Below, piece by piece: positions 24,735 to 31,942 of a stretch of DNA of 32,000 nucleotides. Origin of the DNA: Dyadobacter beijingensis DSM 21582. Lineage in GTDB: Bacteria; Bacteroidota; Bacteroidia; Cytophagales; Spirosomataceae. Each line of letters starts with the position of its first letter. Within the stretch, counting starts at the first letter, position 1. The stretch spans positions 441,007 to 473,006 of the forward strand of contig NZ_KB907791.1 of NCBI RefSeq assembly GCF_000382205.1. The letters are read 5' to 3'. The notes beneath the pieces were generated by a model. The model made no database searches and was not told the origin of the DNA. It saw nothing but the letters and a program-made list of their open reading frames with translations. The position numbers and the translations under genes are program-made.

Positions 24735-25576
24735 TTGGGAAGGCGACACTCGGCAGCTACGCCAAAGGGTTGATTGAATATTGCTATTACGACAAGCATG
24801 TCTCCGCGAAGATGCGGCAAAGCCTGGATGAACAGGAGGTCCGAGGAGAATTGGTTTATATCCAGAACCTGGGGATCAAAATGCAGGCAGACGGGAAGTT
24901 AGACCTGGACTATTTGATCAAACAGTTTAACCGTAATCACATGCAAAATACGAACCTGAAAAAGTTCATGTGGCACCAGTCATTTAGTTTCGCGCCGGGC
25001 GAAAAGCCTGGCAACGAAACGATCGCCGAGATATCCACGGAATTTGCAAAGGAGTTTGGATTTGAACAGAACCAGATGCTGGTTTTCAAGCATGAAGATA
25101 CGTCGAATGTGCACTTTCATATCGTCGCAAATCGAATTAATTTCAATGGCCAAAACACTTCAAAGCACTTTCACAACTACGCCAGAACCGGAGAATTCTG
25201 CCGCAGAATGGAACAACGTCTTGAATTAATCCAGGCACCGGAAATGAGGATCAATAAGCGGCTCGGGCTTGAAAATGTGCTGACCGACATGCAGCATCTG
25301 AAACTCAAATCATCCGTTGACCAGCTTTTAAATACGGCAGCATCGATCAATGAACTCAAAGCGAAATTGTTAACCCAGGGGTACAAAACTTATGTTGGAA
25401 GAGGGATCGCATTCTATCATATGCGGAAAAATATAAAAATTAAGGGCTCCGACTTAGGGCGGAGCTATTCGCTCGCCGCCATTGAAAAGCGGCTAGCTCG
25501 AAATATCGGAATCGGGATTAAGGAGGAGTTGCAGCAACAGCAAAAAAGGCAGAAAAAGCAGGGCCTGGGCATTTAA
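24731..25576 (+). CDS. Relaxase/mobilization nuclease (MOB family, MobB-like)
   Basis: It has the histidine-triad region EDTSNVHFHIVANRINFNG (HxH...N motif of Relaxase/Mobilisation nuclease domains). It is coupled to the upstream accessory gene. Confidence 0.8.
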   Translation: MIGKATLGSYAKGLIEYCYYDKHVSAKMRQSLDEQEVRGELVYIQNLGIKMQADGKLDLDYLIKQFNRNHMQNTNLKKFMWHQSFSFAPGEKPGNETIAEISTEFAKEFGFEQNQMLVFKHEDTSNVHFHIVANRINFNGQNTSKHFHNYARTGEFCRRMEQRLELIQAPEMRINKRLGLENVLTDMQHLKLKSSVDQLLNTAASINELKAKLLTQGYKTYVGRGIAFYHMRKNIKIKGSDLGRSYSLAAIEKRLARNIGIGIKEELQQQQKRQKKQGLGI

Positions 25577-25630
25577 GTGCCAGTTTCTAGGCAGAATGAG
25601 TTATTTTAGCCCAAAGTAACCTATAACACC

Positions 25631-26089
25631 ATGAAACTGAAAGCTATCAAATTCTTTTCCCCAGAGGAAAACGTTCCCGAACTCAAGGCCGCCGCAAAAG
25701 CAGCGCCGCTTCCGACTGGTTACATTTCCAATTCAGGCAAGCTTGTTTTTCCGGCGGCTGCGCTTCGCGAATTGGGAATAGATCCGGAGTCAGCCAATTT
25801 TAAAATCGGGACACAGGAAGGAAAACGTAAAATTAAATCCGTATACCTCGTTCCGGCTACCAATTCGGATCAGACATTTTCGTTCGAAAAAAGTGGCCGG
25901 GGGCACGTAATCCCGCTGGCTATTATATTGAAAAAAGGCGGAGTTGATTTTGAAAACCAAAAGCTGATTTTCAAAATCTCGACTTTTGATTTCGATCAGT
26001 CTACCAAAGGATTCGAGCTGGCTATTGAGACAGAAGTTCCAAAGCCTGAATACACGGGCAAGCCGCGCGGGAGAAAGCCTCGTCAGTAG
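25631..26089 (+). CDS. Hypothetical protein, possibly with an AbrB/SpoVT-like DNA-binding N-terminus and a basic tail
   Basis: 152 aa. GKLVFPAAALRELGI resembles the SpoVT-AbrB 'g.i.iP...r..lgi' loop. The C-terminus KPRGRKPRQ is AT-hook-like. The support is weak. Confidence 0.4.
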   Translation: MKLKAIKFFSPEENVPELKAAAKAAPLPTGYISNSGKLVFPAAALRELGIDPESANFKIGTQEGKRKIKSVYLVPATNSDQTFSFEKSGRGHVIPLAIILKKGGVDFENQKLIFKISTFDFDQSTKGFELAIETEVPKPEYTGKPRGRKPRQ

Positions 26090-26108
26090 GTAGATTCCCA
26101 TTATAAAC

Positions 26109-26136
26109 AAAGAAGCCGCGTCAACGCGGCTTCTTT
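26109..26136. terminator. Bidirectional rho-independent terminator between convergent genes
   Basis: A perfect 12-bp stem AAAGAAGCCGCG (26109-26120) / CGCGGCTTCTTT (26125-26136) has the loop TCAA. Both sides are T-rich. Confidence 0.8.
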
Positions 26137-26137
26137 G

Positions 26138-26539
26138 TTATTGCTTGTTTTTAAGTAGCTCAACTTTTTCTCGCTCGCTTTCAAGTAGTCTCTCATAAAG
26201 CTTTTTGTTTTCTTCGAAAAGTTCAACCAACTTATCTATCGGGTTAAACGTGGGGAAATAATTGAACAGTGAACCATTATCATGGTTGTTAACTGTATTT
26301 CCGATGATGTTAAACACAGCGTCTTCGCTAAAATTTTTGATCCCTTCAGCAGGAACGCCAAGGATCTTACCGATCTGTTCAAGCAATTCTTGATCAACAG
26401 TTTCACTCTGTTCGATCTTCGACACCGTTTGCTGACTGACCTTCAGTTCGTGTGCCACGAACTCCTGTTTCAGTCCGCGCAGTTCACGGATGCGTGAGAT
26501 CTTATGACCAATATGATTGGGTTTTGTTGCTGTGCTCAT
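26138..26539 (-). CDS. XRE-family helix-turn-helix transcriptional regulator
   Basis: IGHKISRIRELRGLKQEFVAHELKVSQQTVSKIEQSE is a classical HTH_3 motif. I prefer the start at MSTATKPNH (26539) over the track start at 26575. Confidence 0.8.
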   Translation of the reverse strand: MSTATKPNHIGHKISRIRELRGLKQEFVAHELKVSQQTVSKIEQSETVDQELLEQIGKILGVPAEGIKNFSEDAVFNIIGNTVNNHDNGSLFNYFPTFNPIDKLVELFEENKKLYERLLESEREKVELLKNKQ

Positions 26540-26677
26540 GGTTACAAATAAAGGAAATATCTGCGCTAAGGTCAACAGGCAAGAGGAAGTGTTTTACCAA
26601 TGACCAAAGGTAGTATACAACTTGTTGTGGTTCGGTACGCGGAGTCGGAGCTTCTTTTTTGTCAAAAAAAGAAGCCT

Positions 26678-27661
26678 ATGGAGACTGTAAACTTAACAAC
26701 GAGCGAAAATCGGGGCTCGAGCGAGCAGAAGCTTGCCGATGCTCGTGATCTGATCGCAGAATTCTTTCACGCGACTGATCTTGAATTCGTACGTATCGAA
26801 CTGTGGCAATTCCTAAAAGCAGTGACGACGGAGAAACCTTTTTCATTCCTGGGTGATCCGTCAACGGTGCTTTGCCTGCAAAGGCATCTACAAAAGATCA
26901 TTAAGGCTTGTAGGTTGCTGTTAGACGTTGCTGAGGAAGATGGAATCGACTTGAACACCAGTGATCTTCAGCCTTTCAGTCATGCACAAATTGAAGCCGA
27001 TCGGCAGTATATGCGGGATGTCCGGGAACTCAACGACAGGCATGGAGGCATGATCCGTAGGTTATCGCTCGCTGAGACCGAGCAGCCTCTTCTGGCGATC
27101 AAGCGCGTTTTTAATACTTACGGCTATGACCAGTGGCAAGATATTCTGGAAGACTGGGTGGAGTATGGATTAAGCAAAATGAGTATTTGCGAAGCTACTG
27201 GCGAGTGTGCCGAAATCATTCAGTACGAGCTGTTGGAATCACTTCTCGAAGCCGTTTACCTGATTTCAAGAAACGATCAAGGGATTCCATTTCAGAAACG
27301 CTGCCTTGGGAAGCTGGCGGCGAGCAAAGCCATCATAGAATTACTAATTGCAGCATTCGACCCACTTCTGATATTTGAGGTCAAGCATCCCGCGCCTGAC
27401 TCAACGGAGCAAAAACCGTACAGGGATCTGCTGATTGTGTTTGCCGATGATAATCAAAAGACCTTCAAAGAGCATCAGCCCATCGTTGAGCTGTTTAGTG
27501 CAGGTAATGAAAAGCTCTGCTGCTCAGTCCACAAATTGTCGGATATTCATCAGGCGCTTACCAGCGGACAAGTATATTTCGCTTTGGCTTGTACCCCCCG
27601 AAGACTTGGTATACCAACGGAGTGCTATGCCATTACCAAAAATGCTACCGGAAACCATTAG
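26678..27661 (+). CDS. Hypothetical protein; the C-terminal part resembles a degenerate minimal nucleotidyltransferase (MNT) partner of HEPN
   Basis: Its 3' end overlaps the HEPN gene by 35 nt. LLIFEVKH...YRDLLIVFADD sits where MNT proteins have hhhFGSxxRG...SDxDLhhh, but the G-S and D-x-D residues are absent. The start is uncertain (26600 or 26678). Confidence 0.4.
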   Translation: METVNLTTSENRGSSEQKLADARDLIAEFFHATDLEFVRIELWQFLKAVTTEKPFSFLGDPSTVLCLQRHLQKIIKACRLLLDVAEEDGIDLNTSDLQPFSHAQIEADRQYMRDVRELNDRHGGMIRRLSLAETEQPLLAIKRVFNTYGYDQWQDILEDWVEYGLSKMSICEATGECAEIIQYELLESLLEAVYLISRNDQGIPFQKRCLGKLAASKAIIELLIAAFDPLLIFEVKHPAPDSTEQKPYRDLLIVFADDNQKTFKEHQPIVELFSAGNEKLCCSVHKLSDIHQALTSGQVYFALACTPRRLGIPTECYAITKNATGNH

Positions 27662-28097
27662 CCAATTGATCGAGAAATCAAAGCACGCTTTTGCGACGGG
27701 AGTGAGCAAAGCCAGAAAGTTTTTTGAGGGGGCACAGTATTACCAACAAGCAAATGAATATGCACTATCGATGTTTATGCTGCAACAAGCTGCTGAAACG
27801 ACATTTCGCAACACTGCAATTGCGCTCTACGGAAGCGAACGGCGCACGCATTCCATCAGATCACTTAAAAGGTTTAACCATAGATTAGCTCCTCAATTGA
27901 ATGAGATCTTTCCTGGCGGTTCGCCAGATGAGGAGCGGCTTCTACAGCTTTTAGAAGACGCATATCTCGGGGCCAGATACAATCCGAACTATCAGGTCGG
28001 CGAACAAGATCTTCATTCAATTTCATCTCGGGTGTTCCGCTTGCTGGAATTAGCCGAAGCGGTTTTCGAAGATCGAATAGCTGCAATCAGAGTTTAG
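27627..28097 (+). CDS. HEPN domain protein (PF05168-type)
   Basis: From the ATG at 27627 the motifs are FFEGAQYYQQANEYALSMFMLQQAAETTFR, ...RRTHSIRSLKRF... and LEDAYLGARYNP. These match the classical HEPN 'tH.l..L' and 'Y..aRY' motifs. Confidence 0.7.
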   Translation: MPLPKMLPETISQLIEKSKHAFATGVSKARKFFEGAQYYQQANEYALSMFMLQQAAETTFRNTAIALYGSERRTHSIRSLKRFNHRLAPQLNEIFPGGSPDEERLLQLLEDAYLGARYNPNYQVGEQDLHSISSRVFRLLELAEAVFEDRIAAIRV

Positions 28098-28191
28098 CGG
28101 GAGAGGTGACTACATGCCTTTTTTTAAGTTGCTCGGATTGCTGAAAAGAATCACTAAAAGATGCGTTCAGTGCAAACGAAAGTTACAAAGC

Positions 28192-28314
28192 AAAAAATGA
28201 CGGTTGCAAGCCTGCACTACGTCATCCGGCTTTTTAGCTGGCCGCATAACTGCCAGCCGCACCTTAAACCGCCGGATGGCCCTGCAACCAAGGGGACAAG
28301 CCCCGTCATTTTTT
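28192..28314 (+). other. 123-nt nested inverted-repeat element upstream of ardA (structured RNA/ssDNA element or complex terminator)
   Basis: The outer stem is a perfect 12 bp: AAAAAATGACGG (28192-28203) / CCGTCATTTTTT (28303-28314). Inner pairs are TTGCA (28204-08)/TGCAA (28283-87), ATCCGGC (28224-30)/GCCGGAT (28271-77) and GCTGGC (28237-42)/GCCAGC (28252-57). Confidence 0.6.
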
Positions 28315-28383
28315 CATTGAGTGGAAGGCAGCGATTGCCCTGAGCACAAAGCCAGGCCTTAGCTACTTAAATGCCTTTCAATC

Positions 28384-28941
28384 ATGAGAAATCTCGAAAA
28401 TGCTCCAAAAATCTATGTTGGAACCTACGGTCAGTACAACAATGGATCGCTGTTCGGTAAATGGTTTGACCTGACCGAATATGCTGATCTCAAAGAATTC
28501 CTGCAAGACTGCCACGAGTTTCATCGTAATGAGTTCGATCCCGAACTAATGTTCCAGGACTGGGAAAACATCCCGGATTTTTTGATATCAGAATGCAGCC
28601 TTCACAAAGAAGCTTTCGCCTACTTTGAGGCCACCGGTGAAATGGACCATGAGACTGCCGAAGCATTCGAGATTTACTGTAAACAGATCAACTATTGGCC
28701 ATCTAACGGGTACGAACTACAAGACCAGCTTGAGAGCTTTCGGGAAAGCTACCGGGGCTTCTTTGGCGGATCGATGAAAGATCCAGAGCTTGAATATGCC
28801 TACCAATACATTGAGGAGACAGGCTTGCTGTTAGGAGTCCCACGGGCTCTCGAGCGTTATTATGACTACGAAGCTTTCGCGAAAGATTTATTTCTGGATG
28901 GCTACTGTGCCTACGAAGGCCATGTATTTGCTGATTATTGA
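28384..28941 (+). CDS. ardA: Antirestriction protein ArdA
   Basis: KIYVGTYGQYNNGSLFGKWFDLTEYADLKEFLQDCHEFHRNEFDPELMFQDWENIP is the characteristic ArdA N-terminal domain. The size (185 aa) and acidic composition also fit. Confidence 0.9.
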   Translation: MRNLENAPKIYVGTYGQYNNGSLFGKWFDLTEYADLKEFLQDCHEFHRNEFDPELMFQDWENIPDFLISECSLHKEAFAYFEATGEMDHETAEAFEIYCKQINYWPSNGYELQDQLESFRESYRGFFGGSMKDPELEYAYQYIEETGLLLGVPRALERYYDYEAFAKDLFLDGYCAYEGHVFADY

Positions 28942-28946
28942 ATATA

Positions 28947-28995
28947 AAAGTGCGGTTCGATGCCGTTGGCATTGAACCGCACTTTATTCTTTTTG
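28947..28995 (+). terminator. Rho-independent terminator after ardA
   Basis: An 18-bp stem with one mismatch, AAAGTGCGGTTCGATGCC (28947-64) / GGCATTGAACCGCACTTT (28969-86), has the loop GTTG. ATTCTTTTTG follows. Confidence 0.8.
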
Positions 28996-29109
28996 TTCCA
29001 CCGGGAAAAAGAGGAAGCAAGTATCTACTGCTGACTATTATTTTCCGACCAAAGACATCGTTGCTACGCGCAGTCGATGTTTTTGATTGTTAACGTAAAT
29101 TAATGAGCA

Positions 29110-29430
29110 ATGGAAAAGAAGGGCAAGCAAACTGAGGAGAGTTCAGCGTTATTCACGCATCAGTTAGTCACTTTGGCGGATCTGGAAAAGTTTAAGGAGC
29201 AAATACTGACTGAAATAAGAAGGCTGCTTGCAGGTGGTGGCGCTAAGCATTCCAAGCAATGGCTCAAATCTCGAGAGGTTAGGAAGTTGCTTGATGTATC
29301 GCCCGGCAAGCTGCATGCTATGCGCGTCAGCCGCCAGCTCAGCTTTATGCGGATCGGCGGTGTGATTTATTATGAGCGGGCAGATATCGACAGAATGTTC
29401 GAAAAGTTTAAAACCACGGCGATCAAATGA
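29110..29430 (+). CDS. Excisionase-family / HTH_17 (MerR-like) DNA-binding protein
   Basis: WLKSREVRKLLDVSPGKLHAMRVSRQLSFMRIGGVIYYERADIDRMF matches the pattern 'W...keva..Lgis...l...r..g.l....iGg.iyY' of Bacteroidota Xis-like HTH proteins. Confidence 0.75.
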   Translation: MEKKGKQTEESSALFTHQLVTLADLEKFKEQILTEIRRLLAGGGAKHSKQWLKSREVRKLLDVSPGKLHAMRVSRQLSFMRIGGVIYYERADIDRMFEKFKTTAIK

Positions 29431-29636
29431 AGCATGAATGGTGCTCCGCAGGTTATGGAAGCCAGTGTCCCCCTGACGAAATTCACGTCAGGGTTTATTT
29501 CTTGCAGCAGGGTGCGACTCAGGAAGAAGCAACTAGATTTTTGGATAACTACCAGGCGAAACTGTGGAAGACAAGGAATGGTTCGATTGTTCGAAATTGG
29601 AAACGAAATGCCTGGTGCTGGATCTGGTATCGTTAA
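29427..29636 (+). CDS. Small conserved-looking hypothetical protein coupled to the HTH gene
   Basis: The start overlaps the upstream stop (ATGA). The Trp-rich C-terminus FLDNYQAKLWKTRNGSIVRNWKRNAWCWIW resembles small proteins found next to Xis-like genes in Bacteroidota elements. That resemblance is from memory only. Confidence 0.45.
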   Translation: MKHEWCSAGYGSQCPPDEIHVRVYFLQQGATQEEATRFLDNYQAKLWKTRNGSIVRNWKRNAWCWIWYR

Positions 29637-29935
29637 GCTAAATTTGCGAGCTGTGTTATTTCCCTCAGTACCCTATCTGTATCCCTCTCTTCTTAAACAG
29701 AACAACTTCATTGCGAGGTAGCAATCTTCTAGGCAGTTCCTTTCTTTGCGCATGGAGACGACATTAAGATAGCATTCCCGGCCATCCAATGTCTCGCGCG
29801 AGCCGCGCTCCATTCAGCTGGGCGAAACGCATTTTGCCTGGTCGTTTAGCTGGGTCAAAGTCAGGTGGCAACGCAAACTCGAGCCATTTAAATGAGTTGC
29901 GTTGGTCTGCGGTAAATATGTTGGTATGGCAGTTA

Positions 29936-30271
29936 ATGATTGTCATCTAACACCCCAGCGTTAGTTCCTTATTTGGCGGCGGGTACAAACAGAAGCGTTT
30001 CCCATCGAAGAAGTACAAGGCATGGAAAGCAGCCTGCCCCCAGTTAGAGGCCGCAGGAATAACTACGCCCGTACACATCCATTACACATTCGCGTGGCCG
30101 TGTCGCCGTAAACGTGACGCGCAATCGTACTTCAAAGCAGTGACTGATTATTTGGTAAGCCAGGGCGTGATAGCCGACGGCAACTACGAAATTGTTGACA
30201 GCGAATCATGGGATAATGTAGGAGTGGACAAAACGAAACCACGTGTAGAAATAAGGATCACGAAGAAATGA
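29936..30271 (+). pseudogene. RusA-like Holliday-junction resolvase family gene with an in-frame TAA at codon 5 (29948-29950); absent from the ORF track
   Basis: My own translation is MIVI*HPSVSSLFGGGYKQKRFPSKKYKAWKAACPQLEAAGITTPVHIHYTFAWPCRRKRDAQSYFKAVTDYLVSQGVIADGNYEIVDSESWDNVGVDKTKPRVEIRITKK. It is collinear with E. coli RusA (..LPWPPSNNRYY.., [45 protein letters not shown]). Confidence 0.6.
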
Positions 30272-30426
30272 CCACGAAAGAAATAAAATACCACGACGCA
30301 CGGCGCGGCGAAGTGAAGCTGAATAACACCCGACAGCGCCGGAAACAGCCTTTTCCGAAATTATATGCAAACAACCCGGAAGATTACGATCTCTCGGAGA
30401 GTCACGAAGACAGATCAAGGCTGTGA
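30268..30426 (+). CDS. Small 52-aa ORF coupled to the RusA-like gene (hypothetical)
   Basis: It overlaps the RusA-like stop by ATGA. The translation is MTTKEIKYHDARRGEVKLNNTRQRRKQPFPKLYANNPEDYDLSESHEDRSRL. It is below the ORF-track size cut-off, and coupling is the only support. Confidence 0.25.
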   Translation: MTTKEIKYHDARRGEVKLNNTRQRRKQPFPKLYANNPEDYDLSESHEDRSRL

Positions 30427-30601
30427 TGGTTGATTTGAACATGACAAGATTGCAACAAACATTCATCTGCAGTATCTACTGTGAAAAATACAAACGTTAT
30501 CGATGCAAAGCTGCGGTAGATGTTTTTGCACAAAGTAATATCGGCTATCCCTTACTCGAACATTTTTGATCCTGAGTCGGCAATTGTTGCAAGGTTGGAA
30601 A

Positions 30602-30610
30602 GCACCGACG
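30602..30610. repeat. Left copy of the 9-bp target-site duplication (GCACCGACG) of the IS256-family element
   Basis: An identical 9-mer directly abuts both IS ends (30602-30610 and 31934-31942). Confidence 0.85.
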
Positions 30611-31933
30611 GGACTATCGCATTAACTGTGTAAACTTTCAATCGGGGCTGGGTAGAACTTAAAGCCTGACCCTATCTTCAAAAATAGTCAAAAACTGATT
30701 CAGGATCATGCCCCAATTCCGAATGGGCATGGTCCATTTTTTAGAAGCCTCTCTGAGCGCCAGATAGACAGACTTCAATACTGCATCATCATTGGGGAAG
30801 GAGAGCTTGTTTTTGGTGTATTTCCTAATTTTCCCATTCAGGTTCTCGATCAAGTTAGTGGTGTAAATGATCTGCCGGATTTCCAATGGAAAATCAAAAA
30901 ATACGGTCAGTTCATCCCAATTCTGCCGCCAACTTTTAATGGCGTAAGAGTATTTGCTATTCCATTTCGATTCCAGACTTTCCAAGGCAACCAGAGCTGC
31001 TTGCCTGGTGGGAGCGGCATAGATATCCTTCATATCGCGGCTGAACTCTTTTTTATCCTTCCAGACCACATACCGGCAACTGTTGCGGATTTGATGAACC
31101 ACGCAGATCTGAGTTGCGGATTCTGGAAACACAGACCGGATCGTTTGGGTAAAGCCGTTTAGATTGTCGGTGGCCGTGATCAGAATATCCTGCAATCCGC
31201 GGGCCTTCATATCAGTTAATACGCTCATCCAGTAGGCCGCAGACTCGCTTTTACCCAGCCACATGCCCAAAATCTCCTTGTAGCCATCCCGTTTAAGACC
31301 GACGGCGATGTAGATTGTCTTGTTGATGACCTTGCTGTTTTCGCGCACTTTGAAGACAATCCCATCCATCCAAACAATCAGGTAGACTGGCTCCAAAGGT
31401 CGGTTTTGCCAGCTGACAATATCCTCAGCTATCCGGGAGGTAATGCGGCTAATTGTAGAAGCCGAAACATCAAAATTGTAAACATCCTTGATCTGCTCTT
31501 CAATGTCGGAGACGCTCATTCCCTTAGCGTACAGCGAGACGATTACCTCTTCGATGCCATCAACCATATTTTCCCGCTTGGGGACTATCATTGGATTAAA
31601 GCTTGCATCGCGGTCGCGTGGAACGCTGATCTCGGATTCGCCGTAGCTGGTCCTGATTTTCTTTTTGCCGTAGCCGTTACGCGAATTGCTGTTGGCCGAT
31701 TGTTCGTGCTTGTCGTAGCCTAAATGCCCGTCCAACTCACCTTCCAGCATCTTCTCGATGCCACGCTTCTGCAACTGGCCCAGAAAGTCATTGAGTGCGT
31801 CGCGGCTCTTGAATTGCTTTAAAAAATCATCGGTTAAAAGATCCTCTGGTCTCATAAGCTGTGTTTTGTTAAAAATAAAAAATCGGGATCATTAACCCCG
31901 ATTTTTCACTTACACAGTTTTTGAGATAGTGTC
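30611..31933 (-). mobile_element. IS256-family insertion sequence, complete (1323 bp)
   Basis: The terminal inverted repeats are GGACTATCGCATTAACTGTGTAA (30611-) and the reverse complement of the right end, GACACTATCTCAAAAACTGTGTAA. A further shared AATCGGGG block lies inside. It carries a single Mutator-type transposase gene and is flanked by 9-bp direct repeats, the size typical of IS256. Confidence 0.9.
30659..31855 (-). CDS. IS256-family (Mutator-type) transposase
   Basis: 398 aa. Motifs are [16 protein letters not shown]...[38 protein letters not shown], ...[15 protein letters not shown]... and ...[10 protein letters not shown]..., all hallmark IS256 transposase motifs. Confidence 0.95.
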   Translation of the reverse strand: MRPEDLLTDDFLKQFKSRDALNDFLGQLQKRGIEKMLEGELDGHLGYDKHEQSANSNSRNGYGKKKIRTSYGESEISVPRDRDASFNPMIVPKRENMVDGIEEVIVSLYAKGMSVSDIEEQIKDVYNFDVSASTISRITSRIAEDIVSWQNRPLEPVYLIVWMDGIVFKVRENSKVINKTIYIAVGLKRDGYKEILGMWLGKSESAAYWMSVLTDMKARGLQDILITATDNLNGFTQTIRSVFPESATQICVVHQIRNSCRYVVWKDKKEFSRDMKDIYAAPTRQAALVALESLESKWNSKYSYAIKSWRQNWDELTVFFDFPLEIRQIIYTTNLIENLNGKIRKYTKNKLSFPNDDAVLKSVYLALREASKKWTMPIRNWGMILNQFLTIFEDRVRL

Positions 31934-31942
31934 GCACCGACG
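31934..31942. repeat. Right copy of the 9-bp target-site duplication (GCACCGACG)
   Basis: See 30602-30610. Confidence 0.85.

Noticed and set aside
27435-27626. Upstream part of ORF 27435-28097, overlapping the 26678-27661 ORF in another frame.
   Set aside because: The peptide (MCLPMIIKRPSKSISPSLSC..) looks non-proteinaceous, and the HEPN domain begins after the ATG at 27627.
28161-28343. 60-aa ORF on the plus strand between the HEPN gene and ardA.
   Set aside because: It coincides almost exactly with the 123-nt nested inverted repeat. Its peptide is low-complexity and basic, with no motif. It is more likely a by-product of the structured non-coding element.
6091-29950. Possibility that the in-frame TAA/TGA codons reflect an alternative genetic code or programmed recoding.
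   Set aside because: TAA, TAG and TGA all end neighbouring well-supported genes in this window. Examples are TAA at 297-299 and 9426-9428, TAG at 623-625 and 3185-3187, and TGA at 30269-30271. I saw no SECIS-like or known readthrough context. Pseudogenisation is the simpler reading.
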